A program made the translations under genes and the position numbers. From Oceanispirochaeta sp. (lineage in GTDB: Bacteria > Spirochaetota > Spirochaetia > DSM-2461): DNA of 64,000 bases. The DNA lies in assembly GCA_963663385.2 (NCBI GenBank), contig CAXXXD010000004.1:512001-576000 (forward strand). The letters are read 5' to 3'. Below the pieces are notes generated by a model, which did no database searches, was not told the origin of the DNA, and was given only the letters and a program-made list of their open reading frames with translations. This document shows, in pieces, positions 41,964 to 52,092 of the stretch (positions are counted from its first letter, which is position 1; each line of letters starts with the position of its first letter).

Positions 41964-43142
41964 ATGGCAGTTTCAGAGAGAATATACGATATGCTGGCAT
42001 CCTCATCATTCATCAGAAAGATGTTTGAAACCGGATCAAGAATGAAAGCAGAATATGGAGCGGATAATGTTTACGATTATTCCATCGGTAATCCTGATGC
42101 TCTGCCGCCGGAGGAATTCAACCGCGTTCTGCTTGAAGAAGCCGCCAGGGAAGATATGCATGGCTATATGCCCAATGCAGGCTATCCCTCTGTACGGGAG
42201 AAAGTCGCGGCATACCTGAAAGAAGAGCAGGGTGTTGAATTTACGGCGGATAACATTATTATGACCAGCGGTGCCGGAGGGGCCTTGAATGTAGCCCTGA
42301 AGAGTATTCTAAACCCCGGAGACAGGGTTCTGGCAAGCCGTCCCTGTTTTATGGAATACAAATTCTACTGCGACAATCACGGGGGAACCCTGGAACTGGT
42401 GGATTGTGCTGATAACTTTGATTTGAATGTAGAGGGCTTTGAGAAGGCAATAGATAAAGCAACTGCTGCTGTGATCATCAACTCTCCCAATAATCCTTCC
42501 GGAAAAATCTATTCCTCTTCCACTCTGAAAAAAATGGCGGAAATGCTGGAGAGAAAAAGCCGTGAGATCGGCCGGAGAATCTATATTCTCTGCGATGAGC
42601 CTTACCGGAAAGTCGTCTACGGAGATGCCCGGGTCCCTTCGATCCCTGCTATATACAAACACACAATGGTCTGTACCTCCTATTCGAAAGACCTTTCCGT
42701 TCCGGGAGAACGGATTGGTTTCCTGGCTATCTCTCCGGAACTGGAAGATGGCGGGAATATTACAGCCGCCGCTGTTTTATGCAATAGAATCCTGGGATAC
42801 GTAAACGCTTCGGCTCTTATGCAGCGGGTAGTGGGACGTCTTCAGGGGCTTTCCTGTGATATCAGTCAGTATGAAAGGAAACGAAACCGATTGGGGGGGA
42901 TTCTGAAAGAGTGCGGGTTTGATCTGGAGCTGCCGGAAGGTACCTTTTATCTCTTTCCAAAAGCTCCAGGCGGAGATGATATGAAGGTGGTGGATGTTCT
43001 GAAGGATGAGAATATCCTGGCCGTTCCCGGCAGGGGGTTCGGTCTCCCCGGGTATTTCCGGCTCTCCTACTGTGTGGATGATGCCGTTATCGAGCGGTCT
43101 GAAGCGGCTTTCAAAAGAGCGGCAGCCAAACTGTTTTCCTGA
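41964..43142 (+). CDS. Class I PLP aminotransferase (aspartate aminotransferase-like)
   Basis: INSPNNPSG, DEPY, SYSKDLSVPGERIG, FRLSYC. Confidence 0.92.
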   Translation: MAVSERIYDMLASSSFIRKMFETGSRMKAEYGADNVYDYSIGNPDALPPEEFNRVLLEEAAREDMHGYMPNAGYPSVREKVAAYLKEEQGVEFTADNIIMTSGAGGALNVALKSILNPGDRVLASRPCFMEYKFYCDNHGGTLELVDCADNFDLNVEGFEKAIDKATAAVIINSPNNPSGKIYSSSTLKKMAEMLERKSREIGRRIYILCDEPYRKVVYGDARVPSIPAIYKHTMVCTSYSKDLSVPGERIGFLAISPELEDGGNITAAAVLCNRILGYVNASALMQRVVGRLQGLSCDISQYERKRNRLGGILKECGFDLELPEGTFYLFPKAPGGDDMKVVDVLKDENILAVPGRGFGLPGYFRLSYCVDDAVIERSEAAFKRAAAKLFS

Positions 43143-43161
43143 TAGAGGATATAAGGCAGAT

Positions 43162-43515
43162 ATGAACGAAACGGAAGATCCGGGTATCAGCCACGATCCC
43201 GGCAGGATCGAAAGAGTAACGGAACGGCTCCTCCCCCGGGAGGATCTGGAGCATATGGTACAGACATTCAAGATTTTCGGAGACCCCTCCAGGCTCAGGA
43301 TCGTTAACGCTCTGATAGAGGAGGAGCTTTGCGTTCATGAAATAGCCGAGCTGATGAAAATGACTCAGCCGGCTGTGTCTCACCAGCTGAGGCAGTTGAA
43401 GCAGGCTCATGTGGTCCAGTCCAGACGGGAGGGAAAGCATATTTTTTACTCCCTCCTGGACGCTCATGTTATTGAAATCTTCAAAATCTGTTACGATCAT
43501 ATTAAAACCGGATAA
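43162..43515 (+). CDS. ArsR/SmtB metal-sensing repressor
   Basis: FGDPSRLRI, ELCVHEI, VSHQLR, DAH...DH alpha5 region. Confidence 0.9.
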   Translation: MNETEDPGISHDPGRIERVTERLLPREDLEHMVQTFKIFGDPSRLRIVNALIEEELCVHEIAELMKMTQPAVSHQLRQLKQAHVVQSRREGKHIFYSLLDAHVIEIFKICYDHIKTG

Positions 43516-43540
43516 TCTCTTATTCCATAGGGTCGAAATC

Positions 43541-43600
43541 TTGACAGAAAGGGTGTTTGATTTTAACATATAAGCATGTATTCATATGATTATATGTTAA
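43541..43600 (+). promoter_or_regulatory. cadA promoter with SmtB/CzrA-type operator
   Basis: TTGACA 43541-N17-TAACAT 43564; AACATATAAGCA-TG-TATTCATATGAT 12-2-12; perfect TTAACATATAA/TTATATGTTAA IR. Confidence 0.8.
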
Positions 43601-43612
43601 GGAGGACGGGCT

Positions 43613-45748
43613 ATGGAACAAACTACTCAAAAAAGCGAACTGGTACTTAAAGGACTGAGCTGTCCCAACTGTGCCGCAGCCATTGAAGATAAAATTAATA
43701 AACTCCCCTGGGTGGAAAACGCCCGTATCAATCTGGCTACTCAGATTCTTACTCTGAATACGGAAAAGGGTGAGGGAAAAGATAATATCCGGGAAGAGCT
43801 TCAGTTTATAATAGATCGAATTGAAGACGGAGTTGTCCTGCAGGACCGGGAAGAACGTTTTCAGGAGCAGGAAGAACCCACTGGTATGCGGTTCTCCTCC
43901 CTGATACGGAAAATTCCGCAGATCGCCGGGGCTTTTCTCTTCTTCATCCTTGTTTTTTTTAAATCTTCCATCCCTATGGCTCCCGGGACGGGAATCCTGT
44001 TGTTTGCTGTATCCTACCTGCTGATCGGTCATACGGTTCTGCTGGCCGCGCTGAGGAATATCCGTCACGGCAGGGTTCTGGATGAGAACTTCCTGATGGT
44101 GATAGCCACAATCGGAGCCTTTGTCATAAAGGAGTACCCGGAAGCAGTAGCGGTGATGCTTTTTTATCAGATCGGGGAATTTTTTCAGGATATGGCCGTG
44201 GATGGTTCCAGAAGATCGATCCGGAAACTGCTGGATGCCAAACCTGGTAAGGTCCGGGTGCGACATAAAAATGCTATACGGGAAACAGCCCCGGAGGAAG
44301 TCGCGCCCGGAGCGGAGATCCTTGTGCGCCCGGGGGAGCGGATTCCTCTGGACGGAGTCATCCTGAAGGGAAAGGCCTCAGTCGATACCAGTGCCCTGAC
44401 AGGCGAGTCCTATCCCCGGCAGGTTCAGGAGGGAACAGAAGTTTTGAGCGGATTCGTCTGTCTGGACAGCCCCCTGGAAATTGAGGTCTCCCGAATTCTG
44501 GAAGAGTCTGCCTACTCCAGGATTATACGGATGGTGGAAGAATCCAGCGGGCGGAAAGCCCGGTCTGAACAGTTTATAACCCGGTTTGCCCGGATCTATA
44601 CGCCGGCAGTAGTCACAGCTGCGGTCCTGCTGGCTTTTCTGCCCCCCCTGATACTGGGGGGGGCCGCTTTTACCCCATGGATCTACAGAGCTCTTGTTTT
44701 TCTGGTTGTATCCTGTCCCTGTGCTCTTGTCATTTCCGTGCCCCTCAGTTTTTTTGCAGGTATAGGGAAGGCTTCCCGTAAGGGTATTCTGGTAAAGGGG
44801 GGAAACTATCTGGAGGAACTGAACCGGATAAACACGGTTGTACTTGATAAAACAGGGACTCTTACAAAAGGCGTTTTCAGGGTAAGCGCCCTTTACCCCG
44901 AAGCTGTAACCAGCAAAGAGGAACTGCTTCATCTGGCTGCTTCAGCGGAAGCGCACTCCATTCACCCCATAGCCCAGTCCATCCGCCGGGCCTGGTTGGA
45001 GCAGTCTTCCGTGATGACCCTGCCAGAAGCTGATTCGGTCAGGGAAGTTGCCGGCAGGGGAATCATGGCGCAAATAGAGGGGGATCTTATTGCACTGGGT
45101 AAAAAATCCTGGCTGGAAGAGAGTTGTGGCCCCCTGCCTGATTCAGGAACAGGTACAGGGGTATATCTGTCGCGGAATGGTGAATTCCTCGGATACCTGG
45201 TTCTTTCTGATGAAATAAGGGATGATGCGTTTGAGACTGTAGCAGATCTCCGCAAAGGGGGAATCGACAGGATTGTTATGCTTACCGGTGACAGCGAGGA
45301 CACGGCCCGTCAGGTTGCCCGATTTCTGAATCTGGATGAATACAGGGCGAACCTTCTGCCGGAAGAGAAGGTCCGGGCACTGGAGGATCTGATAGGGGAG
45401 GGGTGTCGTACGGTTTTTGCGGGGGATGGAATTAATGATGCCCCTGTACTGGCCCGATCCGATGTGGGGATAGCCATGGGCGGTCTCGGTTCGGATGCGG
45501 CTATCGAAGCGGCGGATATTGTACTCATGTCCGATGAACCGCGGAAGATCGTAACAGCCCGCCGGATTGCCCGGAAAACCAGGCGGATTGTAATTCAGAA
45601 TATAGTTCTGGCGCTGGGGATAAAGGGGCTGGTTCTGGCTTTGGCTGCCTTTGGTTCAGCCGGTATGGGGCTGGCCGTTTTTGCTGATGTGGGAGTGGCT
45701 CTTCTGGCAGTTCTCAATGCTATGCGGATTTTGATGTTCCGTGAATAA
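43613..45748 (+). CDS. cadA: Zn/Cd/Pb-translocating P1B-type ATPase
   Basis: GLSCPNC HMA domain, LTGES, SCPCAL, DKTGT, GDGINDAP, FADVG. Confidence 0.92.
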   Translation: MEQTTQKSELVLKGLSCPNCAAAIEDKINKLPWVENARINLATQILTLNTEKGEGKDNIREELQFIIDRIEDGVVLQDREERFQEQEEPTGMRFSSLIRKIPQIAGAFLFFILVFFKSSIPMAPGTGILLFAVSYLLIGHTVLLAALRNIRHGRVLDENFLMVIATIGAFVIKEYPEAVAVMLFYQIGEFFQDMAVDGSRRSIRKLLDAKPGKVRVRHKNAIRETAPEEVAPGAEILVRPGERIPLDGVILKGKASVDTSALTGESYPRQVQEGTEVLSGFVCLDSPLEIEVSRILEESAYSRIIRMVEESSGRKARSEQFITRFARIYTPAVVTAAVLLAFLPPLILGGAAFTPWIYRALVFLVVSCPCALVISVPLSFFAGIGKASRKGILVKGGNYLEELNRINTVVLDKTGTLTKGVFRVSALYPEAVTSKEELLHLAASAEAHSIHPIAQSIRRAWLEQSSVMTLPEADSVREVAGRGIMAQIEGDLIALGKKSWLEESCGPLPDSGTGTGVYLSRNGEFLGYLVLSDEIRDDAFETVADLRKGGIDRIVMLTGDSEDTARQVARFLNLDEYRANLLPEEKVRALEDLIGEGCRTVFAGDGINDAPVLARSDVGIAMGGLGSDAAIEAADIVLMSDEPRKIVTARRIARKTRRIVIQNIVLALGIKGLVLALAAFGSAGMGLAVFADVGVALLAVLNAMRILMFRE

Positions 45749-45759
45749 TGGTTCCGTAA

Positions 45760-47145
45760 CTATTCGGTTAAATTGTGAATCCATTTTCCCGTCAGCATCC
45801 GTCTGATACCCAGAATGTATTTTATGATTTCCTCTGACATGGCAACCGCGTAAACGGCAGGGGGAGGGAGCTGCAGAATCAAGCCGCAGAAAGCCACCAG
45901 AGGGATGCTCACGAGCCAGAGCGGCACCAGCTCGATGGCCGCACAGAACCGGGTATCTCCGCCGCTGCGCAGTACCCCCACGATCAGGTGCAGGTTCGAC
46001 GTCTTTACCAGGATAATTAATGCCATCAGGCGGAGAAATGTTGTTATCAGCTGAGTCACCTCGGCAGATACCTTAAAAAGGAGGGGAATACAGGGGGCGG
46101 CGAGAACGATAAGCAGAGAGAAAAATGCTGTAAACAGAGGGACCGCTGTCATGATTGTTCCGGCTATTCGGAAAGCATCGTTTTCCTTCCCTTTTCCTAT
46201 CAGATTCCCCAGTATGATAGCTGCCGCATTGGCGCTGCCGATAAAAATAACAAAACAGAGACGGGAAATGGTATCAGTTATATTATAGGCAGCCAGAACA
46301 AATGTTCCCATCCTGGCGTATACGAGGGTGAACATGGTAATTCCCATGGACCAGCCCACCTCGTTTAAAATGACAGGGGCTACTTTCCCGGCATAACGTT
46401 TCAGAAAATCCCTGCTCCAGTCAAAGAGTTTTTCAAAGCCCGCGGCAACCGGATATCTCAGTATGTAGGTTATGGATATGAGGACAGCCATCTCGAGTAC
46501 TCTGGCTCCTGTGGTAGCCAGCGCTGCTCCGGTAATTCCCAGTTCGGGCAATCCGAATTTACCAAAAATGAGAGCATAGTTAAAAAACGCATTGAGGCTG
46601 AGGGCGCTGACTGACAGGAAAAGAGGCAGACGGACTATTCCGATGCTCCTCATAACTCCTTCAAAAATTATGGTTCCTGCCGTAAAAAGGTAACTGGCTG
46701 ATGTTATTTTCAGGTAGGGTACGGCAGCCCGGATTACATCCTGATCTGCAGTGAAGATGCCGAGTATCTGTTCCGGGAGAAGCTGAGCTGTCAGAGTGAG
46801 AAGCACTGCTCCGGAAAATCCCAAAGTTAATGCTATACCCAGGGCTCTGTGAATTCCTTCCTTATCGCCTTTGCCCCAGAACTGGGCTGTAAAAACAGCC
46901 GTGCCGCTGCTGATGCCAAAGAGAAGAAGCATCAGAAGGAAGAAAATCTGATTTGACAGGGCTACGGCTGCTATGGCCGTTTCACCCAGCTGACCGATCA
47001 TCAGTGTATCAACCATGTTAAGGGAGGTGGCAACCAGGTTCTGTAAGGCTATCGGGAGGCCCAGTTTGAATAGTTTCCGGAATATGTCCCGGTCGGCCCT
47101 GATTTTTTCAGGCAGCCTGGTCAGGTTCTCAGCAAATGGTGTCAT
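45760..47145 (-). CDS. MATE efflux transporter
   Basis: NMVDTLMIGQLG, FGKFGLPELGITGAA, LRSGGDT. Confidence 0.92.
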   Translation of the reverse strand: MTPFAENLTRLPEKIRADRDIFRKLFKLGLPIALQNLVATSLNMVDTLMIGQLGETAIAAVALSNQIFFLLMLLLFGISSGTAVFTAQFWGKGDKEGIHRALGIALTLGFSGAVLLTLTAQLLPEQILGIFTADQDVIRAAVPYLKITSASYLFTAGTIIFEGVMRSIGIVRLPLFLSVSALSLNAFFNYALIFGKFGLPELGITGAALATTGARVLEMAVLISITYILRYPVAAGFEKLFDWSRDFLKRYAGKVAPVILNEVGWSMGITMFTLVYARMGTFVLAAYNITDTISRLCFVIFIGSANAAAIILGNLIGKGKENDAFRIAGTIMTAVPLFTAFFSLLIVLAAPCIPLLFKVSAEVTQLITTFLRLMALIILVKTSNLHLIVGVLRSGGDTRFCAAIELVPLWLVSIPLVAFCGLILQLPPPAVYAVAMSEEIIKYILGIRRMLTGKWIHNLTE

Positions 47146-47257
47146 AGTTGGCTATCATACCCCTGCTTTCCGTTATAATCTATGGATTCTTTACAGGATA
47201 TCCGGATAATTTGACACTATAATTAAAGAAAATAAATAGGATAAATCAGGAGTAGTT

Positions 47258-47866
47258 ATGTCGGATCATACTGATTATAGCCCCATTGTGAGAAAGACCC
47301 GGCGATCCAATGGGTTCCTGCGGAGAATAACTGAACGTGCATTGGGATACCCCGGCCGGTTGACTCTGGAATTTCTGGAGCTTAAAGGGGCCGAGCTTAT
47401 TATCGATGCAGGAAGCGGAACCGGTTTTTATACCATGGAACTGGCCCAGTGGCTGACCCACGGGAAAATACTGGCATTGGACAGTTCTCCTGATATGCTG
47501 CGGGAATTGAGCCGGTATGTACTTAAAAAAAAATACAACCGCAGGGTGGAAGCGCTTGAGTGTTATCTTTGTGATATTCCCCTGGCAGATGATTCAGCCG
47601 ACGGTGTTGTATCACTTTTCGCCTGGAACCGGATTGATAATCTACCGGGTGCGTCAGAAGAACTCTTTCGTCTGGTCAAGGCCGGAGGGAAGGTATTTAT
47701 TTGTGATTTTCTTCAGGATGAGACCCATAAAATCAACGGGAACGGCAGGGCATCTTTAACTCCCCAGGATATGAAGTGCATTCTTGAAGAGGCCGGCTTT
47801 ACGGGAATCCGCTCTTTTATCCATAATAGGAATCTGGTAATCGGTACGGGGATAAAACCGGTTTAA
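47258..47866 (+). CDS. Class I SAM-dependent methyltransferase
   Basis: IDAGSGTG, LDSSPDML, IPLADDSAD, VKAGG. Confidence 0.85.
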   Translation: MSDHTDYSPIVRKTRRSNGFLRRITERALGYPGRLTLEFLELKGAELIIDAGSGTGFYTMELAQWLTHGKILALDSSPDMLRELSRYVLKKKYNRRVEALECYLCDIPLADDSADGVVSLFAWNRIDNLPGASEELFRLVKAGGKVFICDFLQDETHKINGNGRASLTPQDMKCILEEAGFTGIRSFIHNRNLVIGTGIKPV

Positions 47867-50178
47867 TCTGTTTTATTATAATCTCTGGCAAATTTCAGAA
47901 AATCCGCCGGGCTAATGGGTTTGCTGCAAAAGTAGCCCTGGTAGAAAGGACAGCCCATCTCTCTCAGCACATCAACCTGAGGGGCTTCTTCTACACCTTC
48001 GGTAATGACCTTCAGATCGAAATGGGAGGCAATACCCATAATGGTTTCAACCAGAGCATAATCATCCGGGTCCGAGAGCAGGTTCTCTGTAAAAATCCTG
48101 TCAATTTTCAGTTTGTCCAGGGGGAGTTTCTTCAGATAGGAAAGAGAAGAGTATCCGGTTCCGAAATCGTCCAGGGCAAAGTGTACACCGAATTCCCTCA
48201 GCAGTTTCATTTTTTTCACGGTATTATCAAAGTCGGTAATAAGGATACTTTCTGTAATTTCCAGCACGATCCTTTCCGGAGGAATGGCTGAGTCCCTTAT
48301 ACACTCTATTGTCTTTTCAACAAAATCAGGCTGCATCATCTGTTTTATGCTGATATTAATGGACAGATAATCCAGCAGGAATTCCCTGCTTTTTATCCAA
48401 CCGGCATAGATGGATAGGGATTTCTCCATAATCCATGAACCCAGGGGTACAATCTGTCCTGTATTCTCTGCTGTCAGAATAATTTTTTCCGGTGAGATAA
48501 ATCCTTTTTCCGGGTGGAACCAGCGCAGCAGAGCTTCGGCGCCGCTGATTCTGTTTTCATTAATATCGACGATCGGCTGCAGAAAAATCTCCAGTCCGTC
48601 CTCTTCAAGGGCCTTTTTCAAATCCGCTTCCAGGGAAACCTGCTCCCGCATAAGAGTATCCATCTCTTTGTGAAAGAAGCTGGTACGGTTCCGTCCTTCT
48701 TCTTTGGCATTGTACATGGCCGTATCCGCATATTTCAGAACTGTTTCGGGAGATTGTTCCTCTCCGTCGAAAATTATTACACCTATGCTGGCTGATGTAT
48801 GGTAGGACTGGTCTTTCAGGAGAAAGGGGCGGCCCAGTGTCGCATGAATCTTGTCTGCCACAGTTCTGGCAAATATGACAGATGAGTCCATATCCGTAAT
48901 GATTTCCGGAAGAAGAATTACGAATTCATCACCACCCATTCTGGACACAGTGTCTTCATCCCTCAGTTCAGAGAGTAATCTGGAGGCAACCTCCTTAAGC
49001 AGAATATCTCCTGTCTGATGACCCATGGAATCGTTTATCTGTTTGAATTTGTCCAAATCCAGATAGAGGAGAACCCCTTTGTGATTGTGCCGCTGGGCGC
49101 TTTTCAGAGCCTGGGACAGACGGTCTCTCATGAGTTGTCTGTTCGGCAGTCCTGTGAGGGCGTCATGATAAGCCTGGTGGTGAATCTCCTGCTGTATCCT
49201 TGTTTTTTCCGTGATATCTTCGACAATAGCGACTCCCCCAGTTACGGAACCGGCAGAATCCCTTATGGGCGAGGTGCGAAGGGTTATGTAGAGAGACAAT
49301 TCTGAAATGGTATTATACGGACCTTCATAGTATCCGTTTTCTCCCCCGATGGCTTTTTCAATGGCCGGGAGAACCCTTGTATCCGGGATCCCTTTCAGTT
49401 TTAATCCCCGTACTCTGTTCTTTGGTGAGTTGATTATTTTTGAAAAACCCTCATTGCATTCATGCAGTATTAAATCACTGTCATAATAGAATATACCGGT
49501 AGGAGCCTGATGAAAAATAGTTTCGAACCTCTGTTCGCTCAGGTTCAGTTCCTCTTCTGCCTGGGTAAAATTATATGCCAGGATAAGATTATTCCTGACC
49601 TGTCGGGATATTCTGTAAGAAGTGGTGCATATAAAGAAGTTATAGAACAGAATAAGAAGAATCACTTCTATCTGGATTTCCGAAGGATTGAGGAAATTCC
49701 TTAATATCAGGGGTATCAATACAATCTGGGTATAGCTTAATGCCAGGATGTATCTTTTGGAAAAGCTTACAATCGCTGCAGAGATAACACCTGCCAATAT
49801 CAGTGTCAGGAAGGCCTGCTGTATGGGGTATCCAACCGGGAAGAGGAGATAGGATGTGCTTCCCCAGGCCAGTGATGCCGTAAGAAATCCCGTAAGGAAT
49901 AAAGTCTCCCGAACCGATGTGCTGATTTTTTCCCCCCCCCTCCTGTTTATCAGAAAAATGGAACCTCTGAATACAGCCGAAAAAGCAATAGAACCTACTG
50001 CGATATAAAGGGGAAAGGGAGATATCACAGAACCGAAGATCAGAGGCAGGAGAAAGCAGATCATGAGATTAACAACCGAAGCAGCAGGGATACTGCTGTA
50101 AAGGAGTTTTAACTGCTCATTTTTTATATAAATCTCCCGGGATTTCAATGCCGGGGTTTTGGATCGTTTAAAAATCAT
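47863..50178 (-). CDS. Membrane-anchored PAS-GGDEF-EAL diguanylate cyclase/phosphodiesterase
   Basis: N-terminal TMs, PAS, HDALTGLPNR, RxxD I-site, GGDEF, EAL, DDFGTGYSS. Confidence 0.93.
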   Translation of the reverse strand: MIFKRSKTPALKSREIYIKNEQLKLLYSSIPAASVVNLMICFLLPLIFGSVISPFPLYIAVGSIAFSAVFRGSIFLINRRGGEKISTSVRETLFLTGFLTASLAWGSTSYLLFPVGYPIQQAFLTLILAGVISAAIVSFSKRYILALSYTQIVLIPLILRNFLNPSEIQIEVILLILFYNFFICTTSYRISRQVRNNLILAYNFTQAEEELNLSEQRFETIFHQAPTGIFYYDSDLILHECNEGFSKIINSPKNRVRGLKLKGIPDTRVLPAIEKAIGGENGYYEGPYNTISELSLYITLRTSPIRDSAGSVTGGVAIVEDITEKTRIQQEIHHQAYHDALTGLPNRQLMRDRLSQALKSAQRHNHKGVLLYLDLDKFKQINDSMGHQTGDILLKEVASRLLSELRDEDTVSRMGGDEFVILLPEIITDMDSSVIFARTVADKIHATLGRPFLLKDQSYHTSASIGVIIFDGEEQSPETVLKYADTAMYNAKEEGRNRTSFFHKEMDTLMREQVSLEADLKKALEEDGLEIFLQPIVDINENRISGAEALLRWFHPEKGFISPEKIILTAENTGQIVPLGSWIMEKSLSIYAGWIKSREFLLDYLSINISIKQMMQPDFVEKTIECIRDSAIPPERIVLEITESILITDFDNTVKKMKLLREFGVHFALDDFGTGYSSLSYLKKLPLDKLKIDRIFTENLLSDPDDYALVETIMGIASHFDLKVITEGVEEAPQVDVLREMGCPFYQGYFCSKPISPADFLKFARDYNKTD

Positions 50179-50308
50179 ATCATTCTCAAGTATAGTAAAT
50201 CCCCTGAGTAATCGAAAGAACTTTTTATTCCTGTACTTTTCATCCTGATCACCGGGATATTTTAAAAAATAGTACACTTTGATTTCAAAGGGTTATTATC
50301 CTTATCTG

Positions 50309-51928
50309 TCAGCTGTCCTTTCTGTATAATCTGGCATAGTAATCCTGGAGCATGCGCTTTACAGCAAACTCATCACAGGTTGTTTTAATACTCTCCCTCA
50401 TCATCTTTTCCCACTTCTCTTTGTCATCGTAATAGGTCGGCAGGACTTTATTCAGCATTACTTCGTACAGGGATTTTCTGTCGTGTTCATCCAGGATCTC
50501 ATCCGAATCCGATTCAAATCCGTCGCCTATCTGCCAGCCGTTCACTCCGTCCCTGCAGGCTTCGGGCCACCATCCGTCCAGGATGGAGCAGTTGAGGACT
50601 CCGTTCATGGAAGCCTTCATTCCGCTTGTTCCGCTGGCCTCCTGGGGGCGGCGGGGATTGTTCAGCCAGACATCCGATCCTCTGGTCAGCATCCGTCCGA
50701 TATTCATGTCATAGTTCTCAAGAAACACAACACCGCCGGGGAACTCTTTCATCATACTGACGATGTTTGAAACGATTTCCTTTCCCGTATCATCCTGGGG
50801 ATGGGCCTTCCCGGAGAAGACGATCTGCAGTTTACCGCTTTTCAGGTAAGGTTCGATTTTCTCCTTGTCGGAGAAAATAAGATCGCTCCTCTTGTACGGG
50901 GCGGCTCTCCTGCTGAAACCTATCAGAATCCGGTCTTCCTTCAGCTTAACTCCTGTTCTTTCTTTAATGAAATCAATCAGTTCCCTTTTGATGGCGTTAT
51001 GTACCGGCAGGAGAGGCTGCTTTGTTTTATAAGCCTTTATTATACGGGGATCTACCCATGTGGGTGTGTGGATACAGTTTGTAATTCCTACGATTTCACT
51101 TCGGCCGGAAACATGGGCCCACATTTTATTGGCCGTCCGGGCATGAAGCATGGCCACCGCATTGGATTTCCTTGAAAGGCGGAGGGCTGCTACGGTCATA
51201 TTGAAGGGATCTCCTCCAATGCGGGTCATCTGTTCCCGGGTCATCCCTCTGAAGGCTCCCATATATTCCATGGTTTTCAGATCATGGGATTCATTTCCCT
51301 GAACAATGGGAGTATGGGTTGTAAACACCACCCGTTTTCTTACCTTTCTCCAGGCTTCTTCAAAGCTGAACCCTCTGGATTTTTTCTCTTCTATCAGCTC
51401 CATGGCGGCCAGTACGGCATGGCCTTCGTTGAAATGGTATACGTCCGTCTCAATCCCCAGTGCCCGGAGGGCCCTGACTCCGCCGATACCCAGAACGATT
51501 TCCTGAGCCAGCCGCTCCTCTTTAAACCAGCCGTACAGCTGACCACAGATCCAGCGGTCCTCTCCGTTATTGGCTTCTATGTCCGTATCCAGAAGGTAGA
51601 GAGGGGAATTCCCGTAAGCTTCTGTTTTCCATACTTTTACCTGTACATCATGATCTCTGATGGTAACTGGAACAGTAACGCCTGTATCCTCAAGATCATA
51701 ATCGAAGTTTCTGTAACTGTCATAGGGGTTGCCGTCGGACCCGACAAACTGATCGGTATAACCCTGCTTCCACTTTATCCCCAGGCCTGTTATGGGAAGC
51801 CCTTCGTCTCTGGCTCCTTTAAGATAATCACCTGCCAGGATTCCCAGTCCCCCCGCGTAAATTTTCAGATCGTTATGCAGTCCGTACTCCATACAGAAAT
51901 AGGCGACTTTTAAATTTTTATCACTCAT
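50309..51928 (-). CDS. glgP: Alpha-glucan (glycogen) phosphorylase, short form
   Basis: YAGGLGILAGD, HFNEGH, FTTHTP, EASGTSGMK. Confidence 0.93.
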   Translation of the reverse strand: MSDKNLKVAYFCMEYGLHNDLKIYAGGLGILAGDYLKGARDEGLPITGLGIKWKQGYTDQFVGSDGNPYDSYRNFDYDLEDTGVTVPVTIRDHDVQVKVWKTEAYGNSPLYLLDTDIEANNGEDRWICGQLYGWFKEERLAQEIVLGIGGVRALRALGIETDVYHFNEGHAVLAAMELIEEKKSRGFSFEEAWRKVRKRVVFTTHTPIVQGNESHDLKTMEYMGAFRGMTREQMTRIGGDPFNMTVAALRLSRKSNAVAMLHARTANKMWAHVSGRSEIVGITNCIHTPTWVDPRIIKAYKTKQPLLPVHNAIKRELIDFIKERTGVKLKEDRILIGFSRRAAPYKRSDLIFSDKEKIEPYLKSGKLQIVFSGKAHPQDDTGKEIVSNIVSMMKEFPGGVVFLENYDMNIGRMLTRGSDVWLNNPRRPQEASGTSGMKASMNGVLNCSILDGWWPEACRDGVNGWQIGDGFESDSDEILDEHDRKSLYEVMLNKVLPTYYDDKEKWEKMMRESIKTTCDEFAVKRMLQDYYARLYRKDS

Positions 51929-52092
51929 CCATTCTCTCCTGTTCCGGTGTAATCCCGTGAAACTGTATCTGATATTATTAGGAATGTCTTTATTAATTAC
52001 AGTATAGAATAAAGCCTGCAGGACTATGAAGAATTTTCATAAAAAATATTTCATTTACTATTTCCATTTGTGCTCCTATACTTATCAGACAA

